Source: Bacilli bacterium (lineage in GTDB: Bacteria; Bacillota_I; Bacilli_A; ML615J-28; CAG-313). Taken from it: a stretch of DNA of 64,000 nucleotides. The notes under the pieces were generated by a model. The model worked only from the letters and a program-made list of their open reading frames with translations, searched no databases and was not told the DNA's origin. The stretch is taken from NCBI GenBank assembly GCA_045123185.1, contig JBGVIL010000206.1:4400-68399 (forward strand). Direction: 5' to 3'. The position numbers were made by a program, and so were the translations under genes. Shown here in pieces: positions 1 through 9,802 of the stretch (position 1 is its first letter; each line of letters starts with the position of its first letter).

Positions 1-3000
1 AAATGTTTAGCTTCTTCTTCACCAGCTTGTTTATATAATTGAATACGTTTATCAGTAGCTTCTTGTTCAGTATACAACATTGCGGCTTCTGCATAACTGA
101 TTCTTGCAGATGCTAATTCAAAATTACCAGCAGCAACATCTTCTGCTATAGCTAATTCTATTTCAGCTTTTTGTAATTTTTTCTTAGCTTCTTCTAATTG
201 TTTAGTTGCTTCTGTATTTTTAATTTGTTGGTCGTTCAATGCCGTTAAACTATCTGTTAGACCTACTTCTGCACCTGATAACATACCTGTGTGGAAAGTA
301 CCATTTTGTACAGCACCTACTAATTCATCCATACGAGTTTTTGTAATACCTAGTTGTTCTCCTTCTTCATAAACTTTTTCAGTTTGAAGTCTCAAAGTAT
401 CATTTAATACTTTTTGCAATTCTGTTAAGTTAGTTACTTGTGTTGAATAGCCTTGTACCTGACCTTCATAGTATTCTATTTTTTGCATTTCGTTATTAGC
501 GTTTCTTGCTGCAACTTCTACTTGTTCAAACGCAGGGGCTAATGCAGTAGTTAATGCTCCAACTACAGCACCTACTGCGGCTCCAACTGCGGGTCCTATT
601 ACTGGAATTATTTGACCAATACCAAAACCAATCGCTGCACCTCCAGCAGCTCCTTTTGCTATATCCCAACCTGTTCCTTTTTTGTCCTCGTCTTTTCCTC
701 CACTTTGTTCAAGACCTATATTATAAGAGGTTTTATCTGCGGCAGAATCGAAGGCGTCTGTCACCATTTTTCCGCCAAGTGCTATAGATAATACTCCAAC
801 TAATCCTTTCACTAGAGCAAAACCTATCATCGAACCCCAAGAACCAGCCTGTGTTATCGCGGCTGAATTTGTGAACATTTCTCCTAAAGTACCAATTAAA
901 CTATACTTTCCTCCAGCAAATAGACTTTGGAAAGCCATCATTATACCTTGGCCAAATCCACTAGCGCCAAGTAATGTAGTTATCCAACTACCTACTTTAC
1001 TAAACACGCCTGTTATACTATTAAGACTCAATTTTCCAAATAATGCGTTAAATAACAAGTCTCCTAGTAAGTTCAAACCTTTCCACGCTAGGAATGCAAC
1101 TAACATCCAACCTAGTATTTCTAACCAGTTATCTTTAATTGCTGGCCAAATTGTATTTTGGATAAATGGCCATAATATTTCACTCCATAATGTTTTTATA
1201 CCTTGCCATGCTATGCCTAGGATTTCTTTCATTACTTCTCCGAAACCTAAGTCACCTTTGATTACTCCTGCAAATAAATTTCCTATTCTTTCTGCTAAAT
1301 CAATCCATTCTTGCGAAAGCTGTGGTTTATATATATCACCCATTAAGTCGTTTGCACCACTATTATCAGAACCAATATCATGTAATTCATCAAAACTAGC
1401 AGTTACATTTGCCGCAGCCTCTAATTCTTCTCTTATTTTCTGAGATTCTGCCGCTGCTTGGTCAAATAAACTAACTGGTATATGACCAAATGCTTCTTGT
1501 ACCTTCATTGATATGATATCTAAGAAACCAATACAATTAACTAAAAATTGTGCAATTTTATCCATAAATGGTTCTAATATAGCGTGTAAGTTATAAGTAA
1601 TAACGTTCATCGTTCTTTGCCATTTAGTATTCCATCCCATGAATTGTTGGAAAGCTTTTTTGATTTGTGTTATTGGGTTTAATTGCACTAACCAATTTTT
1701 AAGCATTTGTCCTATATGACGAGACATTAATTGATATGTATAATTAAGAATTTCCGCCATTCTTGTTTGGAATTTAAGAGCTTTTCCGTTCTTATCTAAT
1801 CCTGAGTTTATATTTCTTAATATACCATTATTATCTTTTAATACTGGAGAAGTGAAATTCAAATATTTTACCATTTGACTAAATCTTCCACCAGTTTTTT
1901 TAATAATTTCGTCGTTTGCTAGTAAGTCTGCTTTTATACTATCTAATACGAGCTTCTCTTCTTCTAAATCAGCTAAAGTTTTCTTAGCGGCAGAAGTCCC
2001 TTTTAATACATTACCCTCAGCATCAAACTTAATATCACCTTTTTTCTCTAAACCTGCTAGTTCAGTTTCCTTAGTTTGTATATTAATTAGTACTGACTGC
2101 AATGAATTACTGATATTACCTAGCATTTGGTTTAAACCATCAGCTTGTGCACGAGACTTTTCTAAAGAAGGCATAAAAGCATATCCTAAACCACCTGTTG
2201 CAAAGCCTAATGCGTTTTTCCAGAATCCACCACCATTTTGAGCATTCTCCATTTGTTTTCCTGAGAGAGCTTTGTTCAACTCTTTCAATAGTTCAGTAGT
2301 ATCTACATCTCTACCTTTAGTCAATTGAATATTTTGGATTAATTCTGGGTTTTGGTCTATACTAGATTTATTAGTTCTATATAATTCTAGTATACGTCTC
2401 ATTCCAGCCTTATCACCAGTATCATTTGGGTTTCTACCATTATTCAATCCATATTCTTGGATACGTGCTGCGGCCATATCATCTTGTGCATCAGCGTTTG
2501 CGCTTAATATTTTTTCATATCGTTTTGATACACCCGTTAATCGTTCAAATGCTGTTTCAAGATTTTTAAAAACACCTTGATTAAACTGTGATGCGTAAAT
2601 TTTTGATTTTTCAACACGACCTTGGTCATCTGTTTCTAGCAATTTTGGCAATGCTTTATAGAATTCTGATTTTGTAATACCGAAAGGAGTCTCTGTTGTT
2701 TTTGTATAAGAATTTGAAACAGGTACTAATGCTAGTGACTTTTCAATAGGTTTAAGTACTTCTGCAATTTCATCATATACAGCTTTCATTTCAAATGAAT
2801 AATCCGGACGTTCCTGCTCTTTTGCATTAGTGGTTTCATTTTTAGTAGTTTTTTGTTCATTTGGTAATTCTGGTTGCGGTTCAACTTTTTCTTCTTTTTT
2901 ACCAGTTATAGCACTTAAAATATTTCTTACCAAACCAATTAATTCATTAGCTTTCGCATCTGTATTAAAACCAGTAGTTACGTCTCTCTTGGTAGCTTTT

Positions 3001-4499
3001 GCGACGTCTCTATCTATATCAGAATTTAATTTTAAACTAGTTTCTTGTTTACTATCGCTTACAGCTTCTCTTGCGTCATCAATTCTGTCAAAAGATAACT
3101 GAGTCTCTGTAGCTTTAGTTCCTTTTCTTGCTTCTTCAAAAACTTCATTTGTTGCTCCAGATAATTTATCTAATTCAGCTTTATAATCATCTGACATCTT
3201 AACTTCATTTACATATTTACCAGCCATGTTATTAGATTGAGTTGTCTTAGAGTTGCTTACAGATTTAATTGTTTTGTCTGTTCCTAACACCATTTCTTTT
3301 GCAATCGTATCTGCAATAACTTCTGAATCCCATTGTTGCATTAATTTATACAGTTCGTTAACTAGCCTTTGTGTATTTTCATGACCTTTACCTACACCTT
3401 TCTGCTGACCATCCTCTCGATTAGTACCACCAAGTTTAGTCTGTGTAGATTTAACTCCTTTTTTCGTTTTAACTTCTGTACCACTGTTGTATATACCTTC
3501 TATTGCACTTGTTATGGTGTTTTCTGCATATTCAGTTGTCTTACCTATAGACTTAGTTAATACTTTTATAACTGCTGCATATTCTTTTAAATTGTCTAAT
3601 GTAATTTCTTCACTTCCAGATTCTAAGTCTTTGATAGCTTTCTTTAATTGAGCTTTAACTGCTTTTATTGTATCTGATAAGAATTGATATTCAGTAGTTT
3701 GAGGTGTTTTATTACCTAAACCTATTGGATTCTGTTCTTCACCAGTTCTTGTCCCTACTTTATAATGTGGGTCTATCCAACTCACTAATGTTTGTGCGGC
3801 TTTTTCTTCCTCTATTTGCATTATTCTAGCTAACTCAGATGCCCACTTACTACCATGAGCACTATATTCACTTAATCGTGCTAATTCTGGGTTAGTTCTA
3901 CCAGCATCTATACTAGCGCTAGTTGTTTTTGGTCCTGTAGACTCCCAACCTTTATACTTTCTATCTTGTTCTTGTTTGATGTTAGCATCTATTTCTTCTT
4001 TAGAGTGCGTACCAAAGTTTCTAGGTTTTTTACTAGATGATTTAGTACTCGTCTTAGTAGACGTTTCTAATTTCGCAATACTTTCTTCAAAGCTTGCTAT
4101 AACTTTGTCTAGTTCTCTTTTTTGAGCAAGGTAAGGTTGTAATGTTTCACCAATAGTTTTAGTTAACCATTTCGTTTGTTTTGAATTACCTTTACCTTCT
4201 TTCCCTGCTAAGCTCTTGAACTTTCTATACTTTTCAATTAAGTTATCTAAATCTTCTACAGACGAAGAAAAGCCCTCTTTAGACATCTTCTCATATGTTT
4301 TGATGACGTCTTTTTGGGCTTTATCTAACTCTTTTGAACCTCTAGCGTAAGAGGCTTTTATTTCAGCAGGGACCTCAATATAGCCATCTTTAAGAGAACT
4401 TAATACACCTTTAGTTAATTCACTTATCGCCGCTTTGGCGCTATCTTTGTCAGCATAAGCACTGACCGGGATTACAAATCCTGTCTCTTTATCAGCCAT
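1..4499 (-). CDS. tail tape measure protein (3' end of gene lies beyond window start)
   Basis: ATG at 4499..4497 with GGAGG (4508-4512 on + strand). Frame stays open to position 1, so it is absent from the ORF track (no stop in window). About 1500 codons, coiled-coil-rich (K/E/A/L), with a Gly-rich hydrophobic block near 550-900. Sits directly after the chaperone pair. Confidence 0.85.
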   Translation of the reverse strand, partial: MADKETGFVIPVSAYADKDSAKAAISELTKGVLSSLKDGYIEVPAEIKASYARGSKELDKAQKDVIKTYEKMSKEGFSSSVEDLDNLIEKYRKFKSLAGKEGKGNSKQTKWLTKTIGETLQPYLAQKRELDKVIASFEESIAKLETSTKTSTKSSSKKPRNFGTHSKEEIDANIKQEQDRKYKGWESTGPKTTSASIDAGRTNPELARLSEYSAHGSKWASELARIMQIEEEKAAQTLVSWIDPHYKVGTRTGEEQNPIGLGNKTPQTTEYQFLSDTIKAVKAQLKKAIKDLESGSEEITLDNLKEYAAVIKVLTKSIGKTTEYAENTITSAIEGIYNSGTEVKTKKGVKSTQTKLGGTNREDGQQKGVGKGHENTQRLVNELYKLMQQWDSEVIADTIAKEMVLGTDKTIKSVSNSKTTQSNNMAGKYVNEVKMSDDYKAELDKLSGATNEVFEEARKGTKATETQLSFDRIDDAREAVSDSKQETSLKLNSDIDRDVAKATKRDVTTGFNTDAKANELIGLVRNILSAITGKKEEKVEPQPELPNEQKTTKNETTNAKEQERPDYSFEMKAVYDEIAEVLKPIEKSLALVPVSNSYTKTTETPFGITKSEFYKALPKLLETDDQGRVEKSKIYASQFNQGVFKNLETAFERLTGVSKRYEKILSANADAQDDMAAARIQEYGLNNGRNPNDTGDKAGMRRILELYRTNKSSIDQNPELIQNIQLTKGRDVDTTELLKELNKALSGKQMENAQNGGGFWKNALGFATGGLGYAFMPSLEKSRAQADGLNQMLGNISNSLQSVLINIQTKETELAGLEKKGDIKFDAEGNVLKGTSAAKKTLADLEEEKLVLDSIKADLLANDEIIKKTGGRFSQMVKYLNFTSPVLKDNNGILRNINSGLDKNGKALKFQTRMAEILNYTYQLMSRHIGQMLKNWLVQLNPITQIKKAFQQFMGWNTKWQRTMNVITYNLHAILEPFMDKIAQFLVNCIGFLDIISMKVQEAFGHIPVSLFDQAAAESQKIREELEAAANVTASFDELHDIGSDNSGANDLMGDIYKPQLSQEWIDLAERIGNLFAGVIKGDLGFGEVMKEILGIAWQGIKTLWSEILWPFIQNTIWPAIKDNWLEILGWMLVAFLAWKGLNLLGDLLFNALFGKLSLNSITGVFSKVGSWITTLLGASGFGQGIMMAFQSLFAGGKYSLIGTLGEMFTNSAAITQAGSWGSMIGFALVKGLVGVLSIALGGKMVTDAFDSAADKTSYNIGLEQSGGKDEDKKGTGWDIAKGAAGGAAIGFGIGQIIPVIGPAVGAAVGAVVGALTTALAPAFEQVEVAARNANNEMQKIEYYEGQVQGYSTQVTNLTELQKVLNDTLRLQTEKVYEEGEQLGITKTRMDELVGAVQNGTFHTGMLSGAEVGLTDSLTALNDQQIKNTEATKQLEEAKKKLQKAEIELAIAEDVAAGNFELASARISYAEAAMLYTEQEATDKRIQLYKQAGEEEAKH

Positions 4500-4549
4500 A
4501 TTTACTACCTCCTACAACCTAAATCTATATTTATACTAACCCACTATGG

Positions 4550-4861
4550 TCAAGATTTTTTCACAGATTTGTTTATCTTTTTTTCGTAATCTTCTCTTAA
4601 CCATTCTGGCATTGGCGCATTTTTAGTCTTCTTTTCGAATAACTCTGGGATTGCTTCTTCCATTTTACCTGGATAATATTTAGCTCCAAATGCTGCTCTG
4701 GTCATACTACCTGCACGCCAAATTTTATAAGCCAATCCTTCACGTTTGTATTTTAAGATAAACAATAACTCTTTACAGGAATAATCATAAAGAGTTTTTA
4801 GGTCACATCCTTGTTTTACTAATTCTGCATACAAATCATGAACTATGTGAAATCCTGCCAA
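4550..4861 (-). CDS. tail assembly chaperone, downstream (+1-frame) segment
   Basis: Lies between the G-like chaperone and the TMP. Its frame is open upstream to 4975 and overlaps the end of ORF 4893..5243 by about 80 nt. The annotated start is only a TTG. Confidence 0.5.
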   Translation of the reverse strand: MAGFHIVHDLYAELVKQGCDLKTLYDYSCKELLFILKYKREGLAYKIWRAGSMTRAAFGAKYYPGKMEEAIPELFEKKTKNAPMPEWLREDYEKKINKSVKKS

Positions 4862-4892
4862 TGGGTCGTATTTATTTTCTTCTTCAAATATA

Positions 4893-5243
4893 CTACTTAT
4901 TCCAAGTCTTCTCTTTAATTTCTTCGCTGGGAGTTGGTATTTCTTGTTGTTTTTGTACCAATCCTGATTTTTGTACTATTTCAGCTAAATATGTTTCAGC
5001 TAATTTTTGCATTCCATACTCACTTAATAATGCGTCAAATAAATCTCCTTCATTTTTATATTTTAATTTACAAGCATCATTTGCACACGCAAAAAAGATA
5101 TTACACATTGTTGTAAAGTCTGGATTTTGGAATGCTTCAAATATGTTTTTTCCTAATTTCTTTTCTAAATAAATAATTACTGAACTCTTTAGTTTGAATT
5201 CATATTCAATTCCATCTATTTTGATTATTACTATATTGTCCAT
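4893..5243 (-). CDS. tail assembly chaperone (G-like)
   Basis: 116 aa, located between the major tail gene and the TMP. RBS AGGAGG upstream (5253-5258 region). Confidence 0.6.
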   Translation of the reverse strand: MDNIVIIKIDGIEYEFKLKSSVIIYLEKKLGKNIFEAFQNPDFTTMCNIFFACANDACKLKYKNEGDLFDALLSEYGMQKLAETYLAEIVQKSGLVQKQQEIPTPSEEIKEKTWNK

Positions 5244-5336
5244 AATTTCAATCCTCCTATTAATAAAAGTGGTGGATGTAAACGCCCGAAGATTGTACTG
5301 GCTAAACTGCCCACCAAGTTTAGTTTTATTTAATTA

Positions 5337-5888
5337 TTATTCACTAATTGCTTCTGATGGCAATGAAACTGCTATATCAGATTTAACATCATGATAGATA
5401 GCAAATTTTTCAATGTCTTGTTGAGCATCAGCTGTATATGATATACTTGTTGTTGCATCATACTCAATTATAACTCCTGAAGCTTTTACAACTAACCAGT
5501 GAGCTTTTCTTAATGGTCTAGCGTCAGCCATAGCCTTAACAGCTCTTAAGTTATGTTCAACTCCGTCTGGTGTGTCAGCAAATGTCATCATATTTATTTC
5601 ATATGATACTTCTGCTGCTGGTTGTAATCCTAAAACTGATGTTTCAGCTTTAGTATTATCAAGAGTTGTTGTATCTATAGTATTAGGTTGTCCACCGAAA
5701 TCTGGTGTACTAGCTAAACCATATATACGTTTAAAACCTTGAGATTCAACCCAAGTTTTCATGTCTTTTTGTCCTTCTGGTATAGTATAAGCACCATCTT
5801 TTCCGATGAAAGCTGCACTACCTGTTTCTTCTTTATAATATAACGCTGTACCAAGCGTAGCAACTTGTACTTTTGCATCTGGGTCCAT
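5337..5888 (-). CDS. major tail protein (siphovirus-type)
   Basis: 183 aa, RBS GGAGG, positioned immediately upstream of the chaperones and TMP. Confidence 0.65.
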   Translation of the reverse strand: MDPDAKVQVATLGTALYYKEETGSAAFIGKDGAYTIPEGQKDMKTWVESQGFKRIYGLASTPDFGGQPNTIDTTTLDNTKAETSVLGLQPAAEVSYEINMMTFADTPDGVEHNLRAVKAMADARPLRKAHWLVVKASGVIIEYDATTSISYTADAQQDIEKFAIYHDVKSDIAVSLPSEAISE

Positions 5889-5947
5889 AATAAATACCTC
5901 CTTATAAAATTTTCAATTTCTTAACAAAGTATTTAGTTCAGTAGAAA

Positions 5948-6331
5948 CTATCTTAATGCTCTGTCTAATGTGTTAGCTTGTGCATATGCAGTTAACATAC
6001 ATTCACGATATCCTGTATCAGGTGTGATAGGACTATCTTGTGTTGTAGGTCTGAATCTTAACTCACCTAGTTTATCACATATAGCATCTAATTTTTCATC
6101 AAACTCTGCTAAAGTTCCACCTTTTGTCGATAAGTATCCAACTAAAGAGATTGTATATTGTTCATTATCATAAGATAAATCTCTTTTATTTAGACTCGTT
6201 CTTATATCATATCCGAAATAATATCTTCCTTTTTCAACCATATCTTGAGCAACAATGATACCAGCCTCTAATCCTTCTATTTCGTTCAACTTTGCTTGTA
6301 CCATTCTACGAATATTATTAACTAGTGCCAT
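5948..6331 (-). CDS. tail completion/terminator-like protein
   Basis: 127 aa. Call rests on position between the connector genes and the major tail gene. Confidence 0.4.
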   Translation of the reverse strand: MALVNNIRRMVQAKLNEIEGLEAGIIVAQDMVEKGRYYFGYDIRTSLNKRDLSYDNEQYTISLVGYLSTKGGTLAEFDEKLDAICDKLGELRFRPTTQDSPITPDTGYRECMLTAYAQANTLDRALR

Positions 6332-6345
6332 TTGATTACTCCTTT

Positions 6346-6930
6346 CTATTTATCGAATAAATGTCTCGCTTTAACCTTATTTGTATACTTATCACTATAT
6401 TTACCTGGGTCATTATATAAATCCCCAGCTAATTCGTCTAAAAATCTTTTCATTTCTTCTCTCGTACGAGCCTCAAAGTTATGAGGTTCTTGAGATACAT
6501 ACATTGCGTACTTAGAATTGTCAGCATAGTCATAAATATAGTTTTTTGGTTTATCAGTTGTACCAAACTTCAAATAATCATATACTTCTGTAGTAGAAGC
6601 TCCATTGTCATACTTTTGGTCTTTTATATTAGCTTTTACTATATCACCATCTATTGTGCCATATACACTACTTGCCAATAAACCAGTATGATGATAAAGA
6701 TTTTTCTTTTGGTGAGCATTACTTTCGTTATACTCTTGTATTTCTTTACCTTTTTGTGTTGCAGGAGTATAAGATTGATACAATTGGTATCTAAGTTCCG
6801 ATTCTAGTTTGTCTCTAACTATAGGTTTCACTCTTATAGCGACATCATCTGCTATTTCTTGTAATGATTTTAATAATTTCACGCTTATTATATGTTCACT
6901 TGTAATTTGACCTCTTTTATTTCTTGCCAT
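6346..6930 (-). CDS. HK97 gp10-like neck/tail component
   Basis: 194 aa. HTGLLASSVY resembles the TGxLRxSI motif of gp10-family proteins. Position fits. Confidence 0.4.
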   Translation of the reverse strand: MARNKRGQITSEHIISVKLLKSLQEIADDVAIRVKPIVRDKLESELRYQLYQSYTPATQKGKEIQEYNESNAHQKKNLYHHTGLLASSVYGTIDGDIVKANIKDQKYDNGASTTEVYDYLKFGTTDKPKNYIYDYADNSKYAMYVSQEPHNFEARTREEMKRFLDELAGDLYNDPGKYSDKYTNKVKARHLFDK

Positions 6931-6934
6931 AATA

Positions 6935-7267
6935 TTACCTCCATTGTATATCGATATATAACGGAGTAACTTTTACAACTGCATATTTATTACCCTTCCA
7001 CTCAACTAAATACTTTGTTAAGTTGTCTGGAGAGTTATTAGTTCTCTCTAATAAAAATGGTTCAAGGTCATTGTAAATAGATTTGAAACGATAAGTTTTA
7101 TCTAAGTTAGCACCATAAGCACTAAACGCAACTTCATCTGACGCAAGATACTGAACAGCACCCTCAGCTTCAAATATGTCTTCATATTTTTCAATTAAGT
7201 CACCATCCGGACCTCTTGTGGATTTAATTGTATATAATGTTATAGGTGTTAGCTTTGATAGTAACAT
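6935..7267 (-). CDS. head closure / head-tail joining protein (SPP1 gp16-like)
   Basis: 110 aa with the C-terminal pattern ...YLVEWKGNKYAVVKV... typical of this family. Immediately downstream of the capsid gene. Confidence 0.55.
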   Translation of the reverse strand: MLLSKLTPITLYTIKSTRGPDGDLIEKYEDIFEAEGAVQYLASDEVAFSAYGANLDKTYRFKSIYNDLEPFLLERTNNSPDNLTKYLVEWKGNKYAVVKVTPLYIDIQWR

Positions 7268-7308
7268 ATCCTCCCTCCTCTATTTACAAATTCCTAATTA
7301 TTTTTTTA

Positions 7309-8202
7309 CTATTCAGCTACGTTAAATGCGATTGCACCTGTTCTATTATTTAATATGAATACATCAGCGTATTCTTTTTCATAATAGATGTAATCACCTT
7401 TTGTACCAGCTGCTGGAGCTTCCATACCAACAAATGCGTATTTGTTAGGTGTTAAGATAGCAGATGGATGTACTAAGAATAGGTTGATTTGTTTTGCTGT
7501 TTCTGATGGAGCAAAACCTGTAGTGAAGTCATAAGCAGTTTTCATTAAGAATGAAGGTACTGTTATTAATTTAACTTCATCTAATCTGTCAACAACTCTA
7601 TCGATTGTAGATTCGTTTCCTTGAACTCCTCTTGATAAACCGATTTGAGAAGCTGATTTTAATAATGTTTTAACAGCTGGAGTAACATATAGTAATCTTC
7701 CTGTTGAAGGTACTAATGCTTCGTCCATAGCTTCCATTAATTTATCGAAAACAACTAATACGTTGTCAACTGTTAATGCAGTTGTATCAGCTGTTTTTCC
7801 TTCTGCTGTCCAATCAGCATATATTTTGCTTATTGTGTAAGCATCTTTCTCTGGGAATTTTTGTTCCTCATTGAATACTTTAGTTGCGTTTTGGATAGTT
7901 AATATCATATTAGTATCTAAAACGTCAGCTGGGTCTATAGATGTTGACCACTCTCTATAGAATGTTAATGTTTTTGTTTCAAATTGATTATCAACGTTTC
8001 TTTGGAAAGTTCCGTCGATAGCATCTCTGTTAACATTTTTTCTTCCTGTTACAGAGATTGATGGGATATGAATTGTTTTGCTATCAACAAATTTATAAAC
8101 TTGGTTGTTAGCTACATTGTACAATTCACCAAAGTTAAGCACATTTGGGTATGCTTGAGCTAATGCTCTTTCATAACTTTCAGCGTAGTTTACTGCTGCC
8201 AT
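7309..8202 (-). CDS. major capsid protein
   Basis: ATG at 8202 with AGGAGG at 8211-8216 (the ORF-track start at 8265 is an unsupported extension). 297 aa, first gene of the connector/tail operon. Confidence 0.75.
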   Translation of the reverse strand: MAAVNYAESYERALAQAYPNVLNFGELYNVANNQVYKFVDSKTIHIPSISVTGRKNVNRDAIDGTFQRNVDNQFETKTLTFYREWSTSIDPADVLDTNMILTIQNATKVFNEEQKFPEKDAYTISKIYADWTAEGKTADTTALTVDNVLVVFDKLMEAMDEALVPSTGRLLYVTPAVKTLLKSASQIGLSRGVQGNESTIDRVVDRLDEVKLITVPSFLMKTAYDFTTGFAPSETAKQINLFLVHPSAILTPNKYAFVGMEAPAAGTKGDYIYYEKEYADVFILNNRTGAIAFNVAE

Positions 8203-8373
8203 AATAAATTCCTCCTTTAAAATAAAATTTGAGTCCGTAGCCAAACGAAATGGGCTACTATACAACTCTTACAAATTATATAGAAATATTACCCATCTCA
8301 TTTACTACGAACTCAATTTATGAAAAAAGACGTTCCTAGTCCCCAAGACATATCTATTTCTTTAATTGTGAAT

Positions 8374-8398
8374 ATTATATCAAACATTGTTCACTTTG
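8374..8398 (-). promoter_or_regulatory. candidate extended -10 promoter (TGATATAAT) with adjacent AAAGTGAACA box upstream of the capsid gene
   Basis: Minus-strand reading is CAAAGTGAACAATGTTTGATATAAT, about 170 nt upstream of the capsid ATG. Confidence 0.3.
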
Positions 8399-8411
8399 TA
8401 AATAGATTTTC

Positions 8412-8771
8412 TCAAAAAACTTTCCAAACGTCTTTAATTTTTCTGTAACGACAATCAAATGTGTCATATAAAATTCCATCTTTCACTACGGTTATATGAC
8501 CTACCATTGTTATTAAGTATGTTCCAGCAGGATGTGTATCAATAAATTCTCCGATAGTCATATTATATTCTAACGGTACTTTATTATATCTGTAATTCAA
8601 TAAGGGGTCTATGAATTTAACATCATCTAATAAAATACCGTTTCTTTTTGCTATTCTACTAAGGTCATCGTAGGTATCTCCCCACGTCATATTTTCCGCA
8701 ACAGAAACTGCTCTGATAACACAATCGTTTACAAAGTTGTTCTGTTCATTTGCATTATAGTATTTATACAC
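8412..8771 (-). CDS. hypothetical protein (possible Cys/His peptidase-like fold)
   Basis: 119 aa. The NDCVIRA ... GHITVVKDG..YDT spacing resembles a Cys-His-Asp arrangement. Start overlaps the stop of the upstream ORF. Confidence 0.55.
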   Translation of the reverse strand: MYKYYNANEQNNFVNDCVIRAVSVAENMTWGDTYDDLSRIAKRNGILLDDVKFIDPLLNYRYNKVPLEYNMTIGEFIDTHPAGTYLITMVGHITVVKDGILYDTFDCRYRKIKDVWKVF

Positions 8772-9121
8772 TACATTTCTCCAATTTTTCTAGCATACTT
8801 TTTAATCATTTGCATTTCTTCAGGAGAACCAGCTTCTCTTGATAACATTTCCATGAATTGACAGACAGCTTCAAGCATATATTCTAATGCTTGTTTACTA
8901 TCTTGTTCAGCTCCATAGTTACCTGCATTAGCCGCCTCACGACTTTCAGAATAAGCACCGTAGTGTTCGTGCATTTGATTTAATTGGTCTTCTGCACCAG
9001 ACGCACCTCTGTATCTACCTCTTCCTGTTCCTGGTACACCTCTACGTCCGTAATTAGCTCCATAACCACCTTCGTTGTAGTTACCGCCTCTACCATAATT
9101 TCCATAATTACCGTACATCAT
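8771..9121 (-). CDS. Gly/Tyr/Asn-rich low-complexity protein
   Basis: N-terminus is MMYGNYGNYGRGGNYNEGGYGANYGRRG. Translationally coupled to its neighbours. Confidence 0.6.
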   Translation of the reverse strand: MMYGNYGNYGRGGNYNEGGYGANYGRRGVPGTGRGRYRGASGAEDQLNQMHEHYGAYSESREAANAGNYGAEQDSKQALEYMLEAVCQFMEMLSREAGSPEEMQMIKKYARKIGEM

Positions 9122-9335
9122 TTTCTAATACCTCCTTTTTTATTTTCCAATAATCTTCGTTTTCAATATCTTTGTGGATATCAATTAGTTTGTAAAAATA
9201 ATCTATATTACCCACTTGGATACCTGTTTCCATTAACTTTTCTAATTTAGATTCAACCGTCGTTTTTACTTTTTCAAGAATAGTTTTATCAGGTTGTTTT
9301 ACTTCAGGTTGTTCTGATTTCTTTTCCTCAGCCAT
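9108..9335 (-). CDS. hypothetical acidic protein
   Basis: 75 aa with an RBS AGGAGG upstream of the ATG at 9335. Confidence 0.55.
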   Translation of the reverse strand: MAEEKKSEQPEVKQPDKTILEKVKTTVESKLEKLMETGIQVGNIDYFYKLIDIHKDIENEDYWKIKKEVLENDVR

Positions 9336-9347
9336 TCATAACACCTC

Positions 9348-9734
9348 CTAAGTTGTTGGTAAACTATCAGAAACTGCTCGATTTGCACAAGGTAAAGGAC
9401 AACTACCTATGTATTTGAACACACCTGTGTTGATACTTGTGTTCACTTTGATTGGGTATATCCTACGAGTGCGTATTTGTGTAGCATAAACAGGTTCACA
9501 GTTTTTATTTACAAATGGATACTGAGTCGGGTTTGTACCAATTGTGAATAATACTTGTGAATTTATCGTTGCTGCCTCTGGAATTGCTTGAGCTAGCACA
9601 ATACAATATTTCTGACAATTTTCAAAAGTATTAGCAGGTAAACCAACTAAAACACTATCAGTTGCAGCGTCATAGTTAATGGCTGTAGATAATATTAAAT
9701 TATTACATAATTTACAGTTTCTAATACATTCCAT
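9348..9734 (-). CDS. cysteine-rich hypothetical protein
   Basis: ATG at 9734 with GGAGG at 9741-9745 (the track start at 9821 is unsupported). 128 aa with 9 Cys (MECIRNCKLCNN...CPLPC). Confidence 0.6.
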   Translation of the reverse strand: MECIRNCKLCNNLILSTAINYDAATDSVLVGLPANTFENCQKYCIVLAQAIPEAATINSQVLFTIGTNPTQYPFVNKNCEPVYATQIRTRRIYPIKVNTSINTGVFKYIGSCPLPCANRAVSDSLPTT

Positions 9735-9802
9735 CTTATACCTCCTTTTATAAAAATAGGGATAGTGTGATACTATCCCATAAATCACACATTTAAGTGG
9801 AA

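Noticed and set aside
554-3560. Plus-strand ORFs 554..787, 871..1443, 2830..3102 and 3369..3560
   Set aside because: They are antisense to the continuously open tape-measure frame. Their translations are low-complexity (L/F/S-rich) and they lack RBSs.
4893-4975. Canonical -1 slippery heptamer for the chaperone frameshift
   Set aside because: The downstream frame is +1, not -1, and I found no X_XXY_YYZ site in phase.
7309-8265. N-terminal extensions proposed by the ORF track (capsid 8265, 9821, 10564, 20009, 22893, 26695, 41972, 40186, 47144 and others)
   Set aside because: In each case an internal ATG has a well-spaced AGGAGG-type RBS and/or abuts the upstream stop. The extensions lack RBSs.
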